Part shown: piece by piece, positions 37,835 to 47,238 of the stretch
Layout of the letters: every line of letters starts with the position of its first letter
Numbering within the stretch: position 1 is the first letter of the stretch
Source of the DNA: a virus
Virus record (IMG/VR): IMGVR_UViG_3300045988_056908
Coordinates: 65,792 to 129,791 of that record
Reading direction: 5' to 3' (one strand)
DNA: 64,000 bases
Position numbers and translations under genes: made by a program
Notes under the pieces: model-generated
Databases searched by the model: none
The model's input: the letters and a program-made list of their open reading frames with translations, nothing else
Told to the model about the DNA's origin: nothing

Positions 37835-37907
37835 TGAGGCAGGCGAGAGTCGAACTCGCACTCGTCAGATTAGAAGTCTGATGCTTTATCCATTAAGCTA
37901 CTGCCCC
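37835..37907 (-). tRNA. tRNA-Arg(UCU)
   Basis: Acceptor GGGGCAG/CTGCCTC; D-arm TAGCTTAATGGATAAAGC; anticodon stem TCAGA/TCTGA with loop CTTCTAA; T-arm GCGAGTTCGACTCTCGC. Confidence 0.75.
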
Positions 37908-37959
37908 GTCGTGTTCGCTATTATATACAGCGAACTACGTTCTCCTTAGTTAAGAATTG

Positions 37960-38919
37960 TTAAATCTTCTCTTCAGAGATTAGTGCGTTCCCACAAGTAA
38001 TTCGGTCAGAATCTTCCTCCTTAGATGGAACAAACACTATAACATCCCAACCTTCTTTCAATAAAGGTTGTTCAAAGCGACGATAAACGTCATAATCAGA
38101 GTATCCAGTTACCTGGAAACCATTCTCTATAGCAGAAGCTGTTTCATGTATAGGAGTGATTTTAACAATAAATTTCTCCCTATCAAATAGCTTTGACAAT
38201 TCCTTCGCATCGAGAATAGTTTGTGAGGTTACTGGAAAATTTAGAGTATACTTTCTGCCTACTGGCATTGGTAACTCGTCAGCCAACCGGGAAATTTGTG
38301 CTAGTGACAAACTCTTAGAGTCAAACAGCTCATTTCTCTGTTCATCGTCTGTAGAATTGATTGAAAACTGCAAGCCTGCTTCTCCATTGTAGAACTCATT
38401 TTTTATGCTACACCAAACCTGTAAGAAGTTTCCAAGCTTATTATTTGCTTTCGGAAGCATCGTGGAAACTACTGGATGAACAGTTTTAGCTATTAACCCT
38501 GCAGACTTAACCACACCTCTGAGAGCAAGTCCAAATGCTAATACATTATCATTCCATGTTGGTTCTCCCATTCTAGCAAAGTGTACATTAAACCTGTCTG
38601 TTTCTCTGACACTTTCGCCTTCTATAATAGTTCGGATTTGTCTATCCATATCTTCTATAGAAGCATTTCCATAGAATCCAAACTTGGGAACATCACAGAA
38701 TTTACAATGCATAGGACAGCCTTTCTGAGTTGAAATAGTTGCTACCCATTTCTTGCTTAGGTCTACTGCTGTATTCTCTACTCCATTGATTTCCTTAGTT
38801 AGACCTAAGAAATCAGCCTTGATGTTGTTCTCCTTACCATAGTCTCCTACAGTTAAGAACTCTAGTCTATGTTCTGTATCGACATAGATTTTTCCTGTAT
38901 GGGTTAATATTGTTTTCAT
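37960..38919 (-). CDS. radical SAM domain protein
   Basis: CPMHCKFC (CX3CX2C) cluster-binding motif near residue 70. 319 aa. Confidence 0.65.
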   Translation of the reverse strand: MKTILTHTGKIYVDTEHRLEFLTVGDYGKENNIKADFLGLTKEINGVENTAVDLSKKWVATISTQKGCPMHCKFCDVPKFGFYGNASIEDMDRQIRTIIEGESVRETDRFNVHFARMGEPTWNDNVLAFGLALRGVVKSAGLIAKTVHPVVSTMLPKANNKLGNFLQVWCSIKNEFYNGEAGLQFSINSTDDEQRNELFDSKSLSLAQISRLADELPMPVGRKYTLNFPVTSQTILDAKELSKLFDREKFIVKITPIHETASAIENGFQVTGYSDYDVYRRFEQPLLKEGWDVIVFVPSKEEDSDRITCGNALISEEKI

Positions 38920-39196
38920 TCGTCTTCAATCATTTTCCACATGATGATTAATATTATAAATACAACGATGTATGTCATACAATCCTCCAATCTGGTCTAT
39001 TTCTAGTTATACGAAATTTGTTAGCCTCAGACCAGCTTGAGAAGGCCCTAACGACCTTCCCATAACTGTCTAACAGATAATATTTCATAGCGAACTAGTT
39101 CTCCATTTATTTGTACTGTAATTAATACTATTTCTCCTACGATAATCATAGTTTCTACCACAATTATCTCACCGTTTATTTCGGTAATTCTTCTCA

Positions 39197-39448
39197 TCAT
39201 TGCCATAAGTCAAATACTTTTTTGGTTAGCGGATAGTTTCCTCTCCACTTTGTTGCATACTTAAATACACGAGAATCGCCTGTACGACGCCAAGTAGATC
39301 GAAATAGCGGGAATAAAATCGCCATAACGACAAGTCCAAATACTAGAACAATGAAAGTTAAACCTTTCAGTATATGTTCTAATAACCAAACGGGTAAAGT
39401 AATGCCCCATCTAACAATTGCTAATAAATCTTCCATATTAGTTCTCAA
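39197..39448 (-). CDS. small membrane protein
   Basis: 83-aa ORF with hydrophobic core. Confidence 0.45.
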   Translation of the reverse strand: MRTNMEDLLAIVRWGITLPVWLLEHILKGLTFIVLVFGLVVMAILFPLFRSTWRRTGDSRVFKYATKWRGNYPLTKKVFDLWQ

Positions 39449-39671
39449 CTATCAGAGTGTTATGGATTCTCAATTCCTCTTCCGAAATCGGAATTAATTC
39501 TCCAAATACTCTTATGTATTTTTGTTCTTTGATTACTAATGATGTGGTAATTTCAGTGATTACCTCGATGTTAGCATTGTGCCATCTCTTTAAATACTGA
39601 GAATGTATTCTTCTAGACAATTCGTAGTTGTCTGAAGATGCTATTCTCGCAGCTTTGAATCTTTTTCTCAT
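39438..39671 (-). CDS. hypothetical protein
   Basis: 77-aa ORF. Confidence 0.4.
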   Translation of the reverse strand: MRKRFKAARIASSDNYELSRRIHSQYLKRWHNANIEVITEITTSLVIKEQKYIRVFGELIPISEEELRIHNTLIVEN

Positions 39672-41032
39672 GGTTTTCTTTTTAATTCGTTAAATCTTTT
39701 TCTTGCTAATTTTCCATTCACAAATGTTTCTGTAACTGTTCTGATGCCTTCTATGTGAATGGTATACTCGAAGGCGTGGGTTCCAGTGAGAGTTATCACT
39801 CTTCCCCCATGAATCTGTAAATCTTGCGCGAACAGTTGAATCGCAGTGTAATCTGTTGAATTTTCTCATTTTCTTTTTCTTTTAATCCTGACTACCTATT
39901 TCTAGGTAGTTTCGTCTTAATTTTCAAAGACTCGTCAGAGGATTTTTAAAAATATCCCCACCGCTGTGGGATAAAAAATGAACACTATCAAAAGACCTTC
40001 CTGTGCCACTCTCCTTTGAATTGTTTCACAACAATTACATAGTCTCTGGGCGTACCCATTATAATCTCCAATAATACACAACAATAGTTCCCTACTCTGG
40101 ACTTGAACCAGAATCTTCTCCTTTAGAGAGAGATATACTGACTTGTACTAGTAGGGAAATACTCCACCTGCCTAAGCTCCCTATGGGAGCTGTAGGCTAT
40201 CTAGAATAAGATGGAGAGTTATTTAGATAGTTTCCTACGCTATCTACGTTACCAACGTCCACTAAGAATATAGGTAGCTAATCCATATTCTTGCGACTGA
40301 GTTCGAGGTAGGAAATATACCCTTATGAGGTATCCTCTTATCAGCTAGCCTATCCTTATCGCTCCGCGATAAGGGTTTCTAGCGGCTTATACTAGGCAAC
40401 TTCTAAATAAATAAAATGCATAACTATAAGTGATATGCTTTGGTCGACTGGCATATCAGCAGTACTTCATAATGTTGCTATAAGCGACCAACCCTATAGC
40501 TCAATCCTCTTGTAATAGTGTTTAAGTTTGCGAATATACACATTACAATCGTAGCAGTTATTTTCGGATATTGGGCTATCTGCGTAACCCCGCTTTTTGT
40601 TGCCTTTTTATAGGCTGATGTTAGAGTAAATAATCATTGTAGTATGAGTTATAAAACTCGTCCTACTGGCGATTTTTTGAAAACTGGAAAAAGTCGGAAA
40701 ATTGGGTGTCGGGGTTGTGGACAATTCTTCTCCTTACTCTCCATATTTTCACGTGAAACATACACGATTTTACTAGAAATGATAGTCTTTCCTATCAGCC
40801 AGACATAAAACTAAAACTACTACAAAAGTTAACTCGGTTTTTGATTTTTTTTTGTTTTGTTGTTGATTTCTCCGTTGACCAATGTTCCAATGATGGAGTT
40901 CATATGGGCATTTTATTTTAACTCATAATACCTTAGAGCTGCACGTTTGACTTATTTTAAATCTCGTTGTGCGCTGAGATTGACTCTAAGATTCGGTCAC
41001 ACTCTCACTTATTTATACACGAGAGAGTCGTG
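39672..41032. other. about 1.36 kb of ORF-poor DNA carrying several perfect hairpins (39893-39910, 39953-39972, 40168-40182, 40349-40371) and a T-rich tract (40845-40860)
   Basis: No ORF of 60 aa or more on either strand. Examples: CTACCTATTTCTAGGTAG, CCTTATCGCTCCGCGATAAGG, GCTCCCTATGGGAGC. Confidence 0.4.
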
Positions 41033-41227
41033 TTAATCTACAAAGACAATTCTTATTACTTTTGGGATGTCTTCTTCTGACTTTTGATAAGTCATAATCC
41101 ATGCTTCAGAAGTTTTACAATAAACTCTGTCCGCTTTGAGATTTAACTTTTCTCCAGTCTTTGGGTCATAGATTGCTCCCCAGCTATACAAACACTTTTT
41201 CGTTCTGAACTTTTTTCTCGTGTCCAT
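41033..41227 (-). CDS. small hypothetical protein
   Basis: 64-aa ORF. Confidence 0.4.
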   Translation of the reverse strand: MDTRKKFRTKKCLYSWGAIYDPKTGEKLNLKADRVYCKTSEAWIMTYQKSEEDIPKVIRIVFVD

Positions 41228-41278
41228 AACTACAAAGATTATTTGTATATAAAAGAAAGGGGATTTCTCCCCAATCTT

Positions 41279-41725
41279 TTACTCGTAATCCTCAACCTCA
41301 AGTTTGTAAGTTCTCTTGGTATAAGCCGGAACTTCTCCGTGTGCCTCGATGTCTTCAGAGGTGATGCTCTTAACCACAAATGTTACTTTGTGGTCTATGC
41401 ACCAAACAAGGAAATTTGCATTTTCCAAAGGAGTAGAACCAATAGCCGGAGCTTCGTCGTCGATAGTTACGCCAGCGAAGTGTTTAGCTCCGATTGATGC
41501 ACCACTGTCAGTTGTGAAAGTGATAGGCACAAACCTTGCTTGTCCTTCTCTTTGTGTATTGTTTGTCAATTCCATTTTGTTCATAGCAACAATCTGGAAC
41601 TTATCGCCCTTCTTCAAGCCGACAACAACTGAACGTTCATTACCTTCCAAACCTAATGAGTTTACCACTGATTTAGCACGTTCTTCTACGCTGAGATTAC
41701 TGTTCTTTAATTCTTCGAGTGTCAT
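41279..41725 (-). CDS. hypothetical protein
   Basis: 148-aa ORF; last minus-strand gene before the strand switch. Confidence 0.5.
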   Translation of the reverse strand: MTLEELKNSNLSVEERAKSVVNSLGLEGNERSVVVGLKKGDKFQIVAMNKMELTNNTQREGQARFVPITFTTDSGASIGAKHFAGVTIDDEAPAIGSTPLENANFLVWCIDHKVTFVVKSITSEDIEAHGEVPAYTKRTYKLEVEDYE

Positions 41726-42043
41726 AATACTAAAAATTTTTAATTTGTTAATACTGTGAGTTACTTTTGTTTTTGTTTTAGTTTTATATCAATATACAGG
41801 GGGGGACTAAAGGGGTTGTGGACCGCCATAACAGTCTCTCATATAATTTTCGGAATCTAGGTAACTTTCACCTGTATATAAATTCCGAATTTATTAAACA
41901 CCCAGGGGGCTATTTATATAAAGTACCTGTACCCATTTACGGATAACTAAATGAAATATGTATAATATTAGAATTAGAATTTTTTAACTTTGTATTTAAC
42001 TTTTCAGAAGGTATTGTTGTATATAACTAAAAAAGAAACAATT

Positions 42044-42445
42044 ATGATTACAGACTTAGAAACATTACTAAATTAGGACGAGTTTAAGAATCTCGTTGAT
42101 GCAATTAATAAGAACTAGGAGTATTATCTATCAAGTAATGGTCTAACCATTAAAGCGGAATCTACAGATGATTCTTTATTCTTATTAATATCTTATGAAA
42201 GATAGAAAGAGGAAAGCTGTCTAGCTAATGAAGAAGTAGGCAAATTCCAGAAATACTTAGAATCTTTAGATGATGATTTATTTATAGATGTCTGTGAATA
42301 TCTAGGGGAGTCCGAACTGAATAAAATTCAAGAATGTTTGGAAAGTGGAAAATTGGAATCAGTAAGAGCCGGAATTACTAAATTCAGAATGGCATTATCT
42401 AATGTGGTAACTATGAAAATAGAACAACTGAAAGCATATGTATGA
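42044..42445 (+). CDS. hypothetical protein; needs 4 in-frame TAG codons read as sense
   Basis: MITDLETLLN(TAG)DEFKNLVDAINKN(TAG)EYYLSSNGLTIKAESTDDSLFLLISYER(TAG)KEESCLANEEVGKF(TAG)KYLESLDD... ends at TGA. 402 nt, in frame. Confidence 0.5.
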
Positions 42446-42578
42446 ACAAATAGCTCAAATAAGAATGCTTCTTGCTAATGTAAATGCAACTATGTAGGCT
42501 TTATTTCACGAAAACGAACAGTTAAGGAAAGAACTAGAGAAATTGGCAGCGGAGAATAAATCTCTAAAAGAGAAATAA
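42438..42578 (+). CDS. small coiled-coil protein (1 TAG read as sense)
   Basis: MYEQIAQIRMLLANVNATM(TAG)ALFHENEQLRKELEKLAAENKSLKEK. Confidence 0.35.
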
Positions 42579-42582
42579 ATAC

Positions 42583-42654
42583 TGCCCTATGGTGTAATGG
42601 TCAGCACAGATGACTCTAAATCATTTAGTCTGGGTTCGAATCCTAGTAGGGCAA
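42583..42654 (+). tRNA. amber suppressor tRNA, anticodon CUA, derived from tRNA-Gln (predicted to insert Gln at UAG)
   Basis: TGCCCTA TG GTGTAATGGTCAGCAC A GATGA CTCTAAA TCATT TAGT CTGGGTTCGAATCCTAG TAGGGCA A. Anticodon loop CTCTAAA gives CUA. The backbone (TGGTGTAATGGT..., CCTAGTAG...) is closely similar to tRNA-Gln(UUG) at 30390-30461. Confidence 0.8.
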
Positions 42655-42684
42655 CGCCAAAATTAATAGTTATGATAAATTTAA

Positions 42685-42921
42685 ATGAGAATTATGATAA
42701 ATTTAAATGAGAATTATGCTGTAACTCCAACAGGAGCTAAGACCCTTATTATTGAAGAGGGAGATGATTGGAATAAAGTTTGCGATAAGGTAGTTGGATG
42801 TAGATTTGATTACATATTTGTACCTCAAGAATTTGGGAATCAAGCCTGCTACTTTCTTCCACAAATAAGTATTCAAGGAAAGCAGATAGGTAAGATATGT
42901 ACTTATAAAGTAGTGAAATGA
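42685..42921 (+). CDS. hypothetical protein
   Basis: 78-aa ORF. Its start lies inside a 22-bp tandem duplication. Confidence 0.45.
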   Translation: MRIMINLNENYAVTPTGAKTLIIEEGDDWNKVCDKVVGCRFDYIFVPQEFGNQACYFLPQISIQGKQIGKICTYKVVK

Positions 42922-43232
42922 AACAGTGTGCAGTCGTATTGAATGGTAATGATGTTGTCAAAGTTTCTAATTTAAAAAGAAAGTATGACAAAATAATGAG
43001 TAATCCCAATATGAAAATATTGGAAGAGTGTGATAAGGAAATGCTAGATGAGAAATACAACTACTGGAATAGAACATTAAATAGAAATATAGAAGAGGAG
43101 AAAAATGAGGAAGCAAAACTCCATCATTTTAGGAATCCAAAAACAGGTTGCACTATAGCAAGTATCTATCCAGATTTAGAGGAATGTAAATCATATATAA
43201 AAGACTGGATGGATTATGTTAAACTTGACTGA
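42918..43232 (+). CDS. hypothetical protein
   Basis: 104-aa ORF. Confidence 0.5.
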   Translation: MKQCAVVLNGNDVVKVSNLKRKYDKIMSNPNMKILEECDKEMLDEKYNYWNRTLNRNIEEEKNEEAKLHHFRNPKTGCTIASIYPDLEECKSYIKDWMDYVKLD

Positions 43233-43395
43233 TAAATACAACGAACTAACTAAGCCAAATTTAAAAGAGTTATCTGAAACTATACTCTTAGCAGCAGAAT
43301 CTTTAATTGAGATTGTTGCAGAAGAAGGAAAACAAAATGAACAATGGTTTCTAGATTACCTAGATGAATTAAATAGACTAAGTGTGATATATTAA
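43216..43395 (+). CDS. small hypothetical protein
   Basis: MLNLTDKYNELTKPNLKELSETILLAAESLIEIVAEEGKQNEQWFLDYLDELNRLSVIY, 59 aa. Confidence 0.35.
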   Translation: MLNLTDKYNELTKPNLKELSETILLAAESLIEIVAEEGKQNEQWFLDYLDELNRLSVIY

Positions 43396-43397
43396 AT

Positions 43398-43613
43398 ATG
43401 ATAGACTTTAAAAAGACATTAACAAACTTACATAATGAATTTCCAGAATTTGACTTGGATACATTATTTAAAATACTAGATGCTATAGTAGAAACTTCTA
43501 CTCCTACAATAACCATCCCAAGTGGTATTAGACAACCATCAGATAAACCTTGGTGGGAGGATGGTATAAATAGAATCACTTGTACTTATGATACAAAGTA
43601 TAATGTTAAATAA
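43398..43613 (+). CDS. hypothetical protein
   Basis: 71-aa ORF. Confidence 0.45.
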   Translation: MIDFKKTLTNLHNEFPEFDLDTLFKILDAIVETSTPTITIPSGIRQPSDKPWWEDGINRITCTYDTKYNVK

Positions 43614-43644
43614 AAATAGGCGAACCTAATCTCTAGGCTCGCCT
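43614..43644. terminator. bidirectional intrinsic terminator hairpin between convergent genes
   Basis: ATAGGCGA...TCGCCTAT stem flanked by AAAAAT upstream and TTTTATT downstream. Confidence 0.55.
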
Positions 43645-43658
43645 ATTTTATTATATAA

Positions 43659-43850
43659 TATAGTACCAATCAGTTCTCTCCATAACTCCTTTTTCTCTAA
43701 GCTATTTATTATCCAAATGATAATCTCCGTTTCTGAAATTCAATTCCTTTTTAGAATAATCCCAATAAAAATATCCTCTCCATCCAGGAAGTAAGAGAGT
43801 GCGACCTGTTGCCGCATAAAGAGTAGACTTATTATAATCCATATTACTTA
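43659..43850 (-). CDS. small hypothetical protein (1 TAG read as sense)
   Basis: MDYNKSTLYAATGRTLLLPGWRGYFYWDYSKKELNFRNGDYHLDNK(TAG)LREKGVMERTDWYYII. 192 nt, in frame. Confidence 0.4.
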
Positions 43851-43905
43851 TGATTAAATAATAATAGTAAATAAAGATAGATCTTAAGTATAAATTTTCT
43901 AATAT

Positions 43906-44247
43906 TCATCGCTTCTTAGTTTTAATAAATCCATAAGTTCCCTTCTTTAATCTAGTAGTAGGAATCCACCCATTATCTAGAATAGACCTATGCCCACTCG
44001 GTTTATGTATCTTAGCCCCATCTTCGTGTTTCCATTTAGAAGCATTTCTAGCAAAATTAGCTCGCTTCTTCTAAAGAGGGGTAGCGTTAGGATTGTTTAG
44101 TACGTGCTTAGCGTGTTCTTGTACAGATTCTCCTGCTGCCTTGGCAGATGCTGTAAATTTGCCTCTGTTCTTCTCTTTAATGTGGATGCCCGACCCATTT
44201 TTGAAAATTGGACACCCAAATGTTGTAATTTTCTTACTGTTAGACAT
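43906..44247 (-). CDS. hypothetical basic protein (1 TAG read as sense)
   Basis: MSNSKKITTFGCPIFKNGSGIHIKEKNRGKFTASAKAAGESVQEHAKHVLNNPNATPL(TAG)KKRANFARNASKWKHEDGAKIHKPSGHRSILDNGWIPTTRLKKGTYGFIKTKKR. 342 nt, in frame. Confidence 0.5.
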
Positions 44248-44361
44248 TTTTAATATAATGTATTATTTATTGATTTGTATCTTACAAAGAATATTAATAT
44301 ACTTGAAAAGTATCAAATAAATATAGATAAATGTGATAAATGATTAAATGAATTATGACTA

Positions 44362-45276
44362 ATGGACAAAAGTAAAATTACAAAACAAAATGGGAACATA
44401 GCTTTTGAGGAAGAAGCTCATATTTATTATGATGTTACAAAGCCAGAACAGAAGTTTATATCTGTAACGACTTTAATTCATTCTTTCACCCAACCATTTG
44501 ATAAGGAGTTCTGGTCAGCATATAAAGCACTAGAGAAACTCTTACCTAAAGAAGATTGGGCTATAGAAAAAAAGTCTTTGTTGAACACTAAGAAATTTGA
44601 TAAAGTTCTACTTGAACTTCATAACATTACAGAAGACGAGTTTAATAAAGAGCAACAAGCTATCTTAGATGCTTGGGATTTAGAGAATAGAAACTCATGC
44701 GAGAGGGGAACTAAAATCCATGCAGATTTGGAAAACTCTTTCTATAAAAAGAAACAGAACATAGACCTTAGTAAATATCAAATAGGTGGCAAGTTCGAGT
44801 GTATAAAAGACCACAATGAATTAGATTTAGAGAATGGTGTATATCCTGAGTATTTAATATCTAGAGTATCGGATGATGGAAAGCTCAGAATAGCAGGACA
44901 GATTGACTTATTAGTTAAAAGGGGAAATAAGATAATTATAGGAGACTGGAAGACCAATAAGAAAATAGAAACTAAGAGTTTCTTCAATTCTAAAACCAAA
45001 ACTTCTGTTAAGATGAAATATCCTCTAAATAATTTAGATGATGTTAATTACTGGCACTATACTTTACAATTAAGTACTTATGCTTGGATGATTCAAAAGA
45101 AAAATCCAGAGTTTGAAATAGAGGATTTGGTTTTGGTACATTTCGACCATAATGACAATATGACAGTATATCATTTACCATATCTAAAAGATGAGGTTAT
45201 AAAAATGCTAGCCTTCTATAAGAAGGAATCTATATTGGCAGAAAATAAAAGAAAACGTCAACGTATTGAATATTAA
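44362..45276 (+). CDS. PD-(D/E)XK nuclease superfamily protein (YqaJ/Cas4-like exonuclease fold)
   Basis: GQIDLLVKRGNKIIIGDWKTNKK fits the D...(D/E)xK core. 304 aa. No TAG. Confidence 0.6.
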   Translation: MDKSKITKQNGNIAFEEEAHIYYDVTKPEQKFISVTTLIHSFTQPFDKEFWSAYKALEKLLPKEDWAIEKKSLLNTKKFDKVLLELHNITEDEFNKEQQAILDAWDLENRNSCERGTKIHADLENSFYKKKQNIDLSKYQIGGKFECIKDHNELDLENGVYPEYLISRVSDDGKLRIAGQIDLLVKRGNKIIIGDWKTNKKIETKSFFNSKTKTSVKMKYPLNNLDDVNYWHYTLQLSTYAWMIQKKNPEFEIEDLVLVHFDHNDNMTVYHLPYLKDEVIKMLAFYKKESILAENKRKRQRIEY

Positions 45277-45278
45277 TT

Positions 45279-45494
45279 ATGACACTAGAGGAAATAGAAG
45301 AAAGATTTGAGATATGTAGACGCTGCCCAATATGTGACCAAGATAATGGATTATGTAATGGGCATTTGTATCTAAATCCAAAGAATAATGATATAAGTAT
45401 AAGCCCTAAAGAAGGGTATATAAAGGGATGTGGATGTTTACTAGAGAAGAAGATTCCAAACGAAAAGAAACATTGTCCAGCAGGGAAATGGTAA
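45279..45494 (+). CDS. small Cys-rich Zn-binding protein
   Basis: CRRCPICDQDNGLCNGH...GCGCLLEKKIPNEKKHCPAGKW. Confidence 0.5.
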   Translation: MTLEEIEERFEICRRCPICDQDNGLCNGHLYLNPKNNDISISPKEGYIKGCGCLLEKKIPNEKKHCPAGKW

Positions 45495-45814
45495 TCTATG
45501 GAACTCCTATATTATATAAACCAGATAAGCATTATATACTTACTGTCCAAAATATAAATAGGGAAACAAAGGAGGAAGATATGATATGGAAATGGATTAA
45601 AGCAATATTTACTAAACCTTTAACAATATTGAAAAGTATATATTTCAATATATTCGGAATAAATCAAGATTTGACAACCAAAAGATTAAAAATTTGTGAC
45701 GCTTGTTCCCATAAATTACAAACATCTGTTGGGGAAGTGTGCGATGAATGTGGTTGTATATTAGAGAATAAAACAAGAATTGAAGATGAACATTGTGATT
45801 TATGTAAATGGTAA
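45488..45814 (+). CDS. small Cys-rich protein, paralogue of 45279-45494 (start uncertain)
   Basis: C-terminus ICDACSHKLQTSVGEVCDECGCILENKTRIEDEHCDLCKW parallels the preceding gene. Confidence 0.45.
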   Translation: MVIYGTPILYKPDKHYILTVQNINRETKEEDMIWKWIKAIFTKPLTILKSIYFNIFGINQDLTTKRLKICDACSHKLQTSVGEVCDECGCILENKTRIEDEHCDLCKW

Positions 45815-45822
45815 AATGAATT

Positions 45823-46425
45823 ATGGAAACTTTAAGAACAGAATTAAACAGTAACGAAAAACTAGCACTATCATTAACTGGAATGGAAGGTACGGGAGAA
45901 CATTTTATTTTAAATGGAGAAGCTGCAGACCAAACATTATTAAGAGAAAAACAAGAGAAGTTTAATACCTCAGTAGATGAGTTAGAAGATAAATTCTCTA
46001 AACATAATCAGGCACTAGAGGATTACGCTAAATCATTATCTAACGATATGAATGGAGTTGAAATTATGCCGATGTATGGGTATGCATTAATTAAACCCTT
46101 TGAACAAAACCCATTCCAAAAAATAAAAACTACTAAAAGCGGTCTTATTACTGATTTAGGTGGATTTACTCCTACTTATAAATCTAATGAGACTGGAGAA
46201 ATCGAAGAAGAACAACAATTTATTAAAGTAGGAACTGTGATAGAAGTAGGACACAAGTGTGAGTTCTTGAAGCCTGGAGATATTGTATTTTATACAATAG
46301 CTAGTGAATGTATGGTTCCATTCTATAAACTAGGATTTGTAGTAGTTAATGAGAATAGAATCATGGCTGTAGTTAATGAGAAACTAACTGAAAGAAGAGA
46401 CGAATTGAAGCATGGAAACAATTGA
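45823..46425 (+). CDS. GroES-like co-chaperonin domain protein with N-terminal extension
   Basis: C-terminal half IMPMYGYALIKPFE...SGLI...LKPGDIVFY...RIMAVV parallels GroES IRPLHDRVIVK...GGIVL...VKVGDIVIF...DILAIV. Confidence 0.5.
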   Translation: METLRTELNSNEKLALSLTGMEGTGEHFILNGEAADQTLLREKQEKFNTSVDELEDKFSKHNQALEDYAKSLSNDMNGVEIMPMYGYALIKPFEQNPFQKIKTTKSGLITDLGGFTPTYKSNETGEIEEEQQFIKVGTVIEVGHKCEFLKPGDIVFYTIASECMVPFYKLGFVVVNENRIMAVVNEKLTERRDELKHGNN

Positions 46426-46635
46426 TGAAAAAGTTTATTTTAAGCCTGGGGATTGTGTTACTTTACGGTAGTGTAAAGTAATGCACTCTCCAGTTATGCT
46501 TGTTCTAAGAAGAGAAGCAGCTTTATTTAAAGATAACCAAGGATTACGAGGACTAAGATGTAGATGGTTTACTGATTCTGGATTAATGCAGGAAGCAGTA
46601 TTTAATACAAAGGATTTAATTAAAGTAGAAGAGTA

Positions 46636-47208
46636 ATGGCTAATTAGGAAGAATTACAGAAGGCATTCATGGCATACTTGATACAAGATGCCCAAGCACA
46701 AGGAATACAATTACAATCAGAGCAAGATTTATAGGCTTACGCTGAGTAGCTTGGAGAAGATGGAATCAAAGCCAAGTATCAAGAATTTATGTAGAAGATG
46801 CAAGGCGGAGTTATGGCTAGACTTGGAGCTAAACTAGAATACTATAAAAAATTAAAAGGAGTATGCCCAGAAGGAGAGGAACTTGTTTATTTTAAACAGG
46901 GAGGAAGAATCTGCAAAGCTTGCCAAAAAGCATAGAAAGGAACTAAGGTTACTAAGAAAGCTAATGAAGTTGACAAGTTCAAAGCTGGAAGAGCTTAGTA
47001 TAAAAAGGATATGAAATCTGCAAAGGATGAAGCGTCCAGAGATTCCGTATCAATTAATAAATATAATGACCAGGAGGTTATGGCGAACAGGGGACACAAG
47101 GGAAATTTCAAAAATGGAAAATGGGTTCCAGATAGAACAAAGTATGCTAAGAAGGATGCTTGTGGTTCTAAAATGAAAGTAAGTAAATGCGGTTCTAAAA
47201 TGAAATAA
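46636..47208 (+). CDS. hypothetical basic protein; about 8 in-frame TAG codons read as sense
   Basis: MAN(TAG)EEL(TAG)KAFMAYLI(TAG)DA(TAG)AQGIQLQSEQDL(TAG)AYAE(TAG)LGEDG... ends ...CGSKMKVSKCGSKMK then TAA. 573 nt, in frame. Confidence 0.55.
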
Positions 47209-47238
47209 AAAGATTAAAGATGTTAATGTTAATGATTG

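Noticed and set aside
37752-37949. Listed plus-strand 65-aa ORF
   Set aside because: Antisense to tRNA-Arg(UCU).
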